The position numbers and the translations under genes are program-made. Positions 25,052 to 36,567 of a stretch of 64,000 nt of DNA are shown in pieces. This stretch comes from Eledone cirrhosa (taxonomy: Eukaryota): NCBI GenBank assembly GCA_964016885.1, contig OZ024743.1:124062001-124126000 (forward strand), read 5' to 3'. The notes under the pieces are model-generated. The model searched no databases. It saw only the letters and a list, made by a program, of their open reading frames with translations, and was not told the DNA's origin. Numbering within the stretch: position 1 is the first letter of the stretch; every line of letters starts with the position of its first letter.

Positions 25052-25091
<40 letters not shown>

Positions 25092-25092
<1 letters not shown>

Positions 25093-25965
25093 TCATTATC
25101 ATCATCCTCATTTAGCGCCCATTTTTCATGTTAGCATAGGTTAGATGGGTTGTCTTATTTGAGGCAAGTCGAGGTCTTGTTCATACAGAACCGATTTTAG
25201 CTTGGTTTCTATGGGTGGATGCCCTTCTTAATGCCAACCACATATACAGCGAGTACTGGGTGCTTTTTGTTGTGACACTTACACAACGACTTTACAGGGA
25301 AGGCTGGGTGCTTTTTGTTGTGACACCTATATGACCACCTTACAGTGTGGGCTGGGCACTTTTTGTCATGTCGCCATCATGACTACTTTACAGTTTGGGC
25401 TGGGGGTTTTGGTGGGAAGGGTGTGTGGGGTTTAGGGAGGTGGATATATGGGCGTGTGTGAGGGGGTGGAGTGTTAAGATGTAAAAGATGTATGGAAGGG
25501 ATGATGAAGGTGAAGGTGGTGCATACCAGATGTATGATTCAGTCTGTGCTCACGGGAGATGTATGGGAGTGGAGGTGGAGGCGAATAGTATATGTATGCT
25601 TCAGCCTGTACTCATGGGAAGGTGGGTCTTCTGTATTACTGCTTAACGTCAGCGATCCCGGTCCTGTATTATCACCTAGGTGCAATTGTACAATGTCAGC
25701 TTTTATCACCTCCTCCCAAGTCTTCCTACTTCATTGCTTCCATCAACTTTGAGCGCTTTGCATCTTTTTATACAGCTGTCCATACCAACGCAATTTCCTT
25801 TCCTGCACACTACATCTGATTCTTCTTATGCCTAGCTTCTCTCTCAGTTCGTTTATGCTTTGCCATTCATGTATATTATTATTACACATCCATCAGAGCA
25901 TGCAAGCTTCATTTCTTTCTAATCTTCACATGTCTTCACAGTGCCCAGGTCTCACTACCATGTAG
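25092..25965 (-). mobile_element. RTE LINE 3' end with tail
   Basis: Reverse complement of the 2400-3272 type sequence. Confidence 0.75.
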
Positions 25966-26074
25966 CATATATACTTGGTTTGAGAAATAATATTCTAAGA
26001 GCCATTGAAGACTTTGTATGCACAAGGGTAATTGAGAAGAGGGTCAGTGATATAAACCTTTTCCAATCACATGA

Positions 26075-26653
26075 AGATGACCTAATTAGCAGAGGAGGAG
26101 GGTGCTTCGCGAGCATAATAGCTAGAATAAGGAAAGGATGGATGAAGTTTAGTGAGTTACTCCTACTTTACTATTGACAACAAAAGGTGTCTCCCTACAT
26201 ACAAAAGGGTGGCTGTATGACACCTGTGTGCAACGTGTGATGCTGCATGGTAGTGACACATCGGCAATGACTTCAGAGGACAGATGTAGGCTGGAGAGAA
26301 ATGAAGTTATCATGCTTCATTGGATGTGCAATGTATATGTGAGAGAAAGGGAGAGCTTGGATGAACTGAGGGAGAAACTGGATTTAAGAGGAATCAGAAA
26401 TGATGTGCAAGAGAGAAGACTGCATTGGTACAGAAATAGATGATGATTGCTAGGTGAAGAAGTCCTATGAAATCCCAGTGGTAGGAAGTTGCAGTTGAGG
26501 TAGAGCAAGGAAAATCTAGTTGGAGGTGATGAGAGCTGATCTCAAATCACTGAGACTCACAGAGGAGATGACGAAGGAACACGAATGCTGAAAAGGACCT
26601 GACCAAACCATGTTAGTGTGGAAAAATGGACATAAGAACAATGATGATGATGA
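26075..26653 (+). mobile_element. RTE LINE 3' fragment
   Basis: ARIRKGW.KF.ELL, KGWLYDTCV, ELREKLDLRGI..VQERRLHWY, (gat)n tail. Confidence 0.8.
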
Positions 26654-27289
26654 TTTCTCATCTCACCCATTCTTTGTAATCATTATTGGCAGTATCGGTA
26701 GTTGGTCGGATGCCATGCTTTGAAGCATAGAGTTACCTCCCTTTATGATCTGAGTTCAAATCCCGTCGAGGTTAATTTTGCCTTTCATCCTTACAGGGTC
26801 GATAAAATAAAATACCAGATATACACTGGGGTAATTGCTGGCCTTGTGCCAAGAGTAGAAACAATTATTACAATAGGCGGTGGATTGGCAGTATTGGTAG
26901 AGGGTCTGACGCCATGCTTTGACACATAGAGTTACGGCCCTTTCCATTCTGAGTTCAAATCCTGCTGAGGTTAACTTTGCCTTTCATCCTTACGGGGTCG
27001 ATAAAATAAAGTACCAGTAATGCACTGGAGTAATTGCTGGCCTTGTGTCAAAAGTAGAAACAATTATTACAATATGGATACAAATTGTCGATACATGTTG
27101 ATATTCTTTTTTCTAATTATAAGTGAGACATTTGAAATATCATTTATGTCTGTGTTTCTCATTGGTTGTATTTGCTTGTAGTTGATAAACAGGTTGTGGT
27201 CTGCCCACATTCTGTTTATGTCAAGTATTAATTTGCTATAAGGATGAAAAACTATTTCAATGAGGAGTTTTCCTGTTGTTTGATTAACA

Positions 27290-27672
27290 CAGAGGTTCTC
27301 AAAGTAGACGCTACCCCCCCTCCCCCCGTTGGGTGTGTGTGTGTTGGGGGGGGGGGATCTTGGAAGGCTCTGGGGCCTAAGGGAGCGGTTGGGTGGAGGG
27401 TCGGTATAAATGATATGATAGTATATTGAATATCAAATGATACATATTATATATGAATATAGTAAAATAAAAAATATATAATATTTATTTATATATAGTA
27501 TATATATTATTTCTTATATATAAATTAACAATTTTATTTATTATATATTATTTACAATTTGCATGCAGGTAGGTCTCTCTAGAAATAGGGGTGGGATGGA
27601 GGGCGTTGAGGGTATTACATGGCGGTGAGGGGAAGGGGGGGGGGGCAGTGGCCCCAAAAGTTTGGGAACCTC
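27290..27672. mobile_element. hAT-type MITE
   Basis: Terminal inverted repeats cagaggttctcaaa ... tttgggaacctc, AT-rich interior; no clear TSD. Confidence 0.55.
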
Positions 27673-27789
27673 AAACTTTGATTGTATATTAATATATGTT
27701 TTGCATATATAGTATATATATATATAAAAAATATATTGATTGGATTGTTATGGATAGAATGCTTTTGTATCATTTCCTTTTATTGTGGA

Positions 27790-28584
27790 CTAGCAGCATC
27801 CAGCGTTGCCTGGGAAGGTAAAATAATATCTGCTTTGATTAAAAGGTGTTGATCTTAGCGACTGCTTTTCGATGACTCATCTATGGCCACACACAGGCCA
27901 TGCGGGGGAGGGTGGTGATGACCTCTATCACTGAGAAACGCGGGTGACTGACGAAGGGGCATGCTGGGGGAGGGAGTTTCGAATTTGAACGAAATCGGTT
28001 GAAAAATGTGGGCGCTAGAGCCGAAAGGGCGGAAATTTGAGCGAAAAGGTGGTATTTTCGAATATTTAAGCGGCTGCTACGCCGTTCCTGAACAAAAAGT
28101 CCAAAATGTAAAGACACTTTAAGACGTGAAATAATCAGATCTAACAAAGTAGGTTGATTAATGTGGGAGCTAGAGCCGAAAAAGTGGAAATTTGAGTCTA
28201 AAAGTGTTTTTTTTTTAAATATTTAAGCGGCTGCCACGCCGTCCCTGAACAACAAAGGCAAAATATATAGCCATTACAGGATTTGCAATTATAAATTCTA
28301 TTTTGCTTTAAAATTTAAACGAAATCGGTGGCAAAATGTGGGAGCTAGAACCAAAAATTTTATTTTTCAATACCTAAAAAAAGGTGACCCCCCCCCCCCC
28401 CCTATCGATTTTTATCTGCAGAATGACCTCGGAATAAAAAAAGACAATACGCTGATATATAGAAAACAGTCCCCGATGACTAATCTATGAGCCTGTAAAG
28501 TTTCATGAAAATCGGTCGTAAGATGTAGGCCCCTATAGGTAATACACAGACACACACACATACTTAATTTTATATATATATAGA
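27790..28584 (-). mobile_element. Non-autonomous Helitron with internal tandem duplications
   Basis: On -: A|TCtatatatataaaattaagtatgtgtgtg at the 5' end; 3' hairpin cccaggcaacgctgg then CTAG|T. Repeated gaaatcgg..aaaatgtgggagctagagccgaaa units. Confidence 0.75.
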
Positions 28585-29224
28585 TTATTGGAATGCAGAT
28601 AACATTATAAAAAGTAAAAAAAGAACTCTAAATGCTTTTAACATTATGTTTGATATATCTACCACTCCTCACTCTGTCAACCCCCCCCCCCTCCCATCCC
28701 ACTAGGCAACAGCTCACCCCATCTGTAGGTAGAGAGGTCTCTTCAGCTGAGTCAATGACGACAACCTTTCTAGTGTCGGTGCCACTATAAATGTACCTAG
28801 TACACCCTGTAAGGTGGTTGGAGATAGGAAGAGCCCTCCACTGTAGAAACCATGCTAAAAGGGTCAAGAAAACTCTCAGTTGTGTCAGAAGCACAACAGC
28901 CTCTCTAGTTTTGGTGAAATACGTGATAAACACACCCAGTATGCTCTATAAAGTGGTTGGTGATAGGAAGGTCATCCAGATGTAGAAAACCTGCCAAAAA
29001 AAAAATCAGAAGATTATTCACCTTTACCAAAAACATGACAACTTCCTAGTACTGGTCCACAATAAAAAACTGTCTACACATTCGCAGTATTTAAGCATAA
29101 GACTACTATTAGATCTTAATTCAGTATTTAGTATATCATCTTCATTTAAATGCATTTATTCCCTCAAAAGTATATTTGCCGCTTTACATATCTCAAAATA
29201 TTTTCTATATAAAAATTATAAACA

Positions 29225-29553
29225 TTAACCCTTTCATTATCTTATTTCCAGTCAAATTCAATACCTGTGGTTTTCAAATAATTTTGAAAATAATCAAGAA
29301 TTTAACTTTCAATTAGCAATAACTATGCCTCAGATATACCCCATTGGTGATGGTACTGCCTCTGTGGGTGAAGAAGATCAAGAATTTAGAGGGATTCAAT
29401 AGTAGTATAGCATTCTCATAATTAAGCTGGTGTTTGGAGCATAATAAACATTCTAACATAAAATCATGGTAGGTTTTCAGATAAATATAAACATCTTAAA
29501 ACAAACAATTTTGTATCTTAGAATCAAGGGGTGGTTCAGTATCAAAAGGGTTC
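29225..29553. mobile_element. TTAA-type (piggyBac-like) MITE, family 2
   Basis: ttaaccctttcattatc ... tatcaaaagggtt; a related inverted copy spans ~5144-5737. Confidence 0.5.
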
Positions 29554-31645
29554 TTCTTCAATTTGTTAAAATTTTCCCTTTTTTTTTATTTATTTGAGTA
29601 GTTTATAAAAGAAAAGAACATTTTGACATCTTTTCCAAATATTTTTACCTTCATCAGCAGTTATCTTTGTGCTGAGGATTATTTCTGCTGTTTTTCTTGC
29701 AAATCAAGATTATGGATATGAACTCAAAATTCTAGCTGTAGGATCAAGAGTATTTATTCTGTTTGTTGGCAGTTTGAAGATATTTGAAATAGATTTTATC
29801 AAATGAGAAAAAACTGTAAATAATAGCTTTTTCTATTGTTTGACTCAAAAAGTTTATTCACTTCTTGAACATGCTTTAGAATTGGATGTAAAAAGAAATA
29901 TGAAGCATGTTCTGATAACCACAATGCATGCATGATCCTGTAACTCCTGAGGAAGTCATAGGGGTGCTGTATTCATATAGTGTTTCTAGGGCATCTTTTA
30001 AAACTTGGCGGAGCCATTCTTCTCTCCAGGTTTGAATACAACAGATTTCTTCCATAAAAGGATAGAAAGTGATAAAGAAATATAGATAAGACCCAGTATG
30101 TGACTGGTACTTCTAAAGGATGAGAGGCAAAGTACCTTGGTGGGATTTGAACTCAGAATAGCAAAAAGAATACCGCAAAGCATTCTATCCAACGTTCTAA
30201 TGACTCTGCCAATGTGTCACCTCTATAACTACAATACATTTCATATAACCATTCAGCAATAAATCACTTGTCTTTTGTACTTATAATTTTAAAGTCGATT
30301 TGTGATCCAAAATTCTGATTGAAAATTCTAACCACAGCAGATTCATCTGATAAACATTTAGTTGCATAACTGCTTAAAATCTCCAATGGTTCTTTATCAT
30401 TAATAGCAAGGTATAACTAATTGAAACTGTTTGTCTAGTTGAAAAGTGGAAACCTATAAATTTCTGCTACACAAAATTGTAAGTTTCTAGGGAGACATTC
30501 AGCACAAGTATAGGATTCTGTCAATTGCAAAGAATGACATATATCCTTTCATGATATTGATATTGTTAATTCTAATAGATTTTCAATGCTAAGTTCTTTT
30601 CCACCAACTTTTCCTAAAAACTGTAATTCCGTTTGCATAAAATCAAAGTGACAAATCAAGATATGCATAATTTAACATTTTTGTAATTGTTACAGAAATG
30701 TATTATAACCTTTTCTAGAAGCTTCTTAACTCTAACATCCTTGGATGTATCTAGAAAACAAATTTTCCAGTTCCTACATTAGAAATTAAATCTTCATCAA
30801 AGTGTAACAAGCACATTCTTTACAATATTGGCACATTTGGTACAAGGTAAATTCACTTTGGAAACAAAGTGATTATTACTATTATTATTATTTTTTTTTT
30901 TTTGCACAATCTACATGAGGCTGTGTTCACAAGAGATAGAAGATAGGAGGTTGAATTAAGTGCAAGAATTGCAGAAGCTGGTGCAGTAATGCACCAGCTT
31001 CAGCATTCAGTAATCAGAAGAAGGGAGGTAGGCATAAAAGCCCAACTATTTATCTTCAATTCAGTATTTGTGCCAACCGGTAATATTTGATAAAGTTTAA
31101 ATCCATTAACCTCTTTAGTGCCTAACATGTATGCATTTCAGTGCCACAGATGAGATAACTCTATCCTAACATGTTTGAACTCGTTTCCAACAGTTCATAA
31201 CTTCAAAGCTAGTTAGGGTTACTAGTTTATTGATGTGCCGTTTGTCAATCATTCAGATATGTGTTAACAAAGGTTTGTTTTAAAAAATAGTCATTTTACT
31301 GAAAAAAAAAATCCAGCATAGCAACTGTAGCTGTGTAAAATATATGCAGCAGTCAACAGATTAATGTAACGATTAGAAACAATGTTTATTCTGTCAGATT
31401 AGAAAAAAAATCTTTAAATATACTCTTGGGCCTTTTCACTTTTACTTTTTACATATAATTTTCAATTTGTATGGAACTTTGCTCCCTTTTCCAACAACAT
31501 ATAAAAAAGCTGGTTTTCCGAATGGGGTTGGAAAAATCCACAATTAGACAAAGTACTCAATACATTAGTAGAGAAGAAGCATATTTAATTCATATAGAAA
31601 TGAAATCATCCTGATTATTTCATATGAATATATATATATATATGA

Positions 31646-31678
<33 letters not shown>

Positions 31679-31829
31679 CAAATTTGATATAAATATCCCA
31701 GGGTCATGCAATGTGTCCCTCCATTTCGAGATGGTAGAGTGTAGAACATGTTATGAGAGGGAATTTGGAGAGTATGTGAGGCTGTATTTGTTAATAAAAT
31801 GTGGTGTGGTAAATAAATATATACATAGA

Positions 31830-33751
31830 GACCAATACACAGCCGCTAAGAGAGAAACTAGATATCAGGTGTATCAGGTGTACTTAGCACGCAGGGAGGC
31901 TGAGAGTAAGAGGTTTGCCAATGTTCTGCGACGGGGAGATCAGAGACATGTGGTGTTCCGCATTGCGAAGCAGTGTGTTAATGAAAACAAGGATGTTGTT
32001 GGAGATAAGTGTCTCTGAAATGATGTTGGTGTACTTAGTGTCACTAATGATCAGAAAAAGGAATCCTGGGAATGTCATTATGAGAGACTGATGAATGTGG
32101 AGAATGAATGGGGAAGAGAGAAATTACCCCCAGTAGACCTGACAGAGGGACCAGCTATTGAGATTGATGAATATAGGGTCCAAGAAGCAATTAAGGAAAT
32201 GAAAAATGGTAAGGCTGCTGGACCGTTAGGGATAGTTGCTGAGATGCTGAAGGCATCAGAAGTAGGCATTAAACTGGTTGCACGCATTGTCAATCAAGCT
32301 ATATATGGTGGTGTCATACCCAAAGGCTGGTGCAGCAGTATTCTGATAAATTGCTACAAAGGTATAAGGGATGCTCTGGAGAGGAGCAATTATAGGGGCA
32401 TAAAACTGATGGATCAGGTTATGAAAGTGGCAGAACGAATATAAGCGCAACTAATTAGAGAAAGGGTCAAATTAGATGAGATGCAGTTTGGTTTTGTGCC
32501 TGGAAAAAGTACAACAGATGCCCTCTTCTTAAAGAATAAGCCACTATACTTAGCTTTTTGTTGACCTAGAGAAGGCCTTCGATAGGGTACCCCGATCTGT
32601 CATCTGGTGGTCCCTAAGGACACTAGGTGTAGAGGAATGGCTTATGAGGACAGTGCAAGCTATGTACAGAGGTGCTGTCAGTAAAGTGAGGGTAGGAATG
32701 GAGTTTAGTGAGGAATTCCAGATACAAGTAGGTGTACATCAGGGTTCAGTCCTCAGCCGCTCTTGTTCATTATAGTCCTCCAAGCCATAACAGAGGAATT
32801 TAAGAATGGCTGCCCATGGGAACTTCTCTATGCTGATGATCTGGTTCTTATAGCAGAATCAGTAGAGGAGCTAGAGAATAAATTCTGGCTGTGGAAACAG
32901 CAGTTGGAATCAAGAGGACTGAGAGTGAACATAGTTAAGACAAAAGTTGATAAGTAGAAAAGAGGACAAAACTCTGATTCCATCAGGGAAATGGTCATGT
33001 TCGATATGTAGAAAAGGAATCGGCATAAATTCTATAAAATGTACACAATGCAGATCGTGGGTACACAAGAGATGTAGTGGGATAGCAGGCAAACTAACAG
33101 GTAGGGAAAACTATGTATGCAGTAGATGTACAGGGAAATTTGACAGTAGAAGTCACAGTGATAGACACATTTTTCAAATGCAGGTGGTTTTATAGAAGTG
33201 GTTGATAGCTTCTGGTACCTAGGTGATCAGAGTTCTGAGGCCATAGTATCTAGAATAAGGACGGGTTGGAAGAAGTTTAGGGAGCTGCTTCCTCTGCTGA
33301 CGAAGAAAGGTTTCTCCCTGCGTACGAAACGCCACTTATATGATGCCTATGTGAGATGCGCGATGTTGTATGTAGTGAGACATAGGCAGCAACTGCAGAG
33401 GATATGCGACGGCTGGAGAGAAATGAAGCAAGCATGCTCCGTTGGATGTGCAATGTCAACGTGCGTGAACGACCAAGCATAGATGAGTTGAGAGAGAAAC
33501 TGTGTATAAGAGGGATAAGTTGTAGTGTGCGGGAGAGAAAACTGCAATGATATGGACATGTGAAGGAAGACACAGCAGAGGAAGACCACGAAAACACGGG
33601 TGGAAGTGGTGAGAGCAGACCTCAGATCGCTGAAGCTCACAGAGGAGATGACGAAGGATCGCCACAAGTGGAGAGATGCTGTGCTGAATGGGACCCATCC
33701 CACCCTTGCAAGCAGGGAAAAGCAGACGTAAAATGATGATGATGATGATGA
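31830..33751 (+). mobile_element. RTE LINE, RT region with inserted PHD-type finger, to 3' tail
   Basis: NYRGIKL, MQFGF, DLEKAFDRVPR, GVHQGS, LLYADDL, CSIC..CTQC..WVHKRC..CSRC, FWYLG, (gat)n tail; several stops. Confidence 0.92.
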
Positions 33752-33829
33752 TATACACCAGTTCCGAACACAATGGAATCCAATTCCCACTGTCACTGCT
33801 TCCGTCTCTCCCCATCTCTCACTATTTTG

Positions 33830-34330
33830 AGCAAATGGTGGCCCACACACTGGCTGCACTGGTGGACAGAATATAGAAGGCATTTCTCTGGAGGATGGTG
33901 AGGGAGACGCGCTGGAAGAGCTATTCCAGCTAGCGAGACCCACACCCCCTGCGGAGAGCCAAACTTGAGCTGGTGGTGGTAAGTAGTGAGGTGGCTCTAG
34001 GGATAAGGACACAAGAAGTCTCCACTGCTTCGGGCTCGATCGCAAACCCGTCGGAGAACAACCAATATTTGGAGAGTTTAGCCTCCTCAGCCCGGAGTGC
34101 AGCAGAACCTGGGTTAGTCACACACTGCACCAGGTTGGCGCAGGAGAATGTGCCTCCCCAGATGAGGGGTTTATCACAGCGGAACGGGAAGATGGCCACG
34201 CCGTCCATCCCCGCCGGCTCGAGGTCGGAGGAGAAACCTGCAGTATCTAAGCCATGCTTTATGACCTCGTTGAAGGAAGGCGGCAATCACTGTAGCGACA
34301 GGACAGCGGGTGGAGGCCAAAAGAGACTCA
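33830..34330 (-). mobile_element. CRE-clade-like non-LTR fragment (REL endonuclease C-terminus)
   Basis: DGVAIFPF..KPLIW..GSAALRAEEAKLSKY..EPEAVET resembles CRE-type REL domains; locally GC-rich. Confidence 0.6.
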
Positions 34331-34778
34331 CACAGTCCATACGACGATTTAAGTGTAATTAGTTACCCAACGAAACTTAAGTATCTGTACATCTCAGTGT
34401 TGTAACTAATTATAAATATATATATATAAACCGTGTCCAACTTTTTTTAGAATTTATTTAGTACGCTTTATTAATAATAAAGCGCGCTAAATAAATTCGA
34501 AAGGAAAAAAGTTAAGCACGGTTAGCGCCAATAGATACGTTTTCTACTAAAAATAACAACACTGTTATTTGATTCCCGCTTGTCGTCATCTCAGTTAAAT
34601 CGATATGCGTAACTTTCGTGTTTGTGTCTAAAACTAAATTATTGTATTATAAGAGTAAATTAATTTTTTTAAAATCTTATTTTGTTTGTTTTTCAAAAAA
34701 AAAAAAAAAAGGGGTTAAAAAATAACGATATCATGAGAATATCGTTTTTAACATGTTTCACCCCTCCTCTTCAAATGC

Positions 34779-34787
34779 TGATGCAAT
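34779..34787 (+). promoter_or_regulatory. C/EBP-ATF response element (AARE/CARE, ATF4 site)
   Basis: TGATGCAAT, matching the CARE consensus TGATGxAAx, ~220 bp upstream of the TATA box of the PPP1R15 gene. Confidence 0.55.
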
Positions 34788-35004
34788 AACCGGTAGCCAT
34801 ATTAATTTGTTTATACTTCGTTTCGTCGCTTGGTGATTATTTTGTGTATATTTGTGTTATAAAATAGCTTATATTTTGAATTCACATTAATTGATTTAAA
34901 ACTAAAATATTAGTATAGTGTATATGAAAATTTCGAATTATTATTTTTTTACTTTTAATGTAGAACTATTTTTCTTCTCGTATCTCATTAAAATTAATGC
35001 GCCC

Positions 35005-35012
35005 TATAAATA
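35005..35012 (+). promoter_or_regulatory. TATA box of PPP1R15-like gene
   Basis: gcgcccTATAAATAag in a CpG-retaining patch upstream of the uORFs and CDS. Confidence 0.55.
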
Positions 35013-35046
35013 AGACCACCTACGCATGTGCTGCGTAGTACAAATC

Positions 35047-35404
35047 ATGTTAGCCTTACAATAAACCGAATGAAACTTTCTCCGCTCTCAAATTTCGATT
35101 TTTAAACCCAACGGTTGATTTTACATAATTTGGATTTATATTTGATTCAGAAATGGATGGAAAATGTTCAATGATATGCCCAGACCTTGAATTTTTGCCT
35201 ATTTCGTTTACCGAAAATTTTAAACATTGCAACTGTGCTGAAAATGATGTTACCCAATATTTTATGACAAATGTAAATTATACTGATAAATACTGGAATA
35301 AACTTGATAAATATTGGCTTCAATATTCTTTTCCACACGCTCACAGTTCTCATGAAAAGCATTCCACAGTTAAACACCAACACGCCATTCAAAACGATTT
35401 TTGA
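35047..35404 (+). promoter_or_regulatory. Upstream ORFs in the 5' leader (35047-35064 MLALQ; 35070-35105 MKLSPLSNFDF; 35153-35404, 83 aa)
   Basis: ATG-to-stop frames read directly; they lie between the TATA box and the main ATG at 35449. Confidence 0.55.
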
Positions 35405-35448
35405 ACATTGAATCGCATTTGATTTTGTATATTGGATTTCTTACCACT

Positions 35449-36354
35449 ATGGCACCACCAGATTTTGATCCTTTTAATTCTTACAACTTATGTGTTAAAA
35501 TACGTAGTCCTGATACGTGTCAGTCAAAACGGATAGAAACCAGCTTTACATATAACGCGCCAAAAGGCTCCTTTGTAGACTTCATTGCGAAAATGATTAT
35601 CGTACAATTACAGAGAAGTATGTTGTGTGTGCAGCTGAGTTACGGAGACAATACTCACACTACTATAAGCCGTATAATAAATGAAAAAAATATTGAAATG
35701 AACCAAAGGCATGCAAATAACGTAGACGAGCCTATTATTTCAACCCATTTAACTGATATAAAACAGCCATTCGACCCTGTTGAATGCGATAGTCTTATTA
35801 GTGAATCTAACTCCTTAGAAATGCAGTCGGACGAAGAAAACGATTTCAATTATTTCTGTTCGACATTTACGATGAAAAACATCTGTCTGAACCCCAAGGA
35901 CTCTACTGATTCAGGCATTTATACTGAATTAGACAAATCCGTTTGTGAACAACAAATATGTTTTAATATGCCTGAGTCTTCAGACATACTTTGTGTATCA
36001 ACGCACTCAGACGATGTGCAGAGCGATGATGACGGACATTTTTCTCTTGATAGTGACAATGAGGATTGGGATTATACTTCGGACACTACTTGTGACGATT
36101 TGTCATGTAACCCAAAAATTCCATTTTGGCAAAGTTTTTTTCAACAAGCTGAAAGCGATGATGAATGTGATGGTGATGACTTTGATGAAGATGATGACGA
36201 TGATATATCGTTTCCACCTACGCCTACCTTTTTCAATAAACTATTTGAAAATAATAAAGATATAGAAACCGATAATACGAAATACATTGGAAAAGCCAAC
36301 GATAGATGGAATAAAATCTATACTGACGTAGATAAATGCCACACAACTTCCAAG
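35449..36354 (+). CDS. PPP1R15: PPP1R15 (GADD34/CReP-like) exon 1, acidic/PEST region
   Basis: ATG in strong context (accactATGG), D/E/S-rich ORF ending ANDRWNKIY...TTSK at donor AAG|GT; splices in phase 0 to the exon at 41517. The true start is uncertain. Confidence 0.8.
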
Positions 36355-36506
36355 GTTTTTATCTTTTTCTTTGCTTAATTGATGTGACCTAAGTAGCCAT
36401 GTTTTAATTTTTGGTTTATGTAAACGATTAACTGCCAATAACTTTCAAAATGCATAATGAAATTTTATAAGACTCGCTTTCGAGAGTGTAGATAACGATT
36501 ATGTTG

Positions 36507-36567
<61 letters not shown>

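Noticed and set aside
35401-36378. 325-aa single-exon gene as given by the ORF track
   Set aside because: The TTG start and read-through end are artefacts; it is better explained as exon 1 spliced to 41517.
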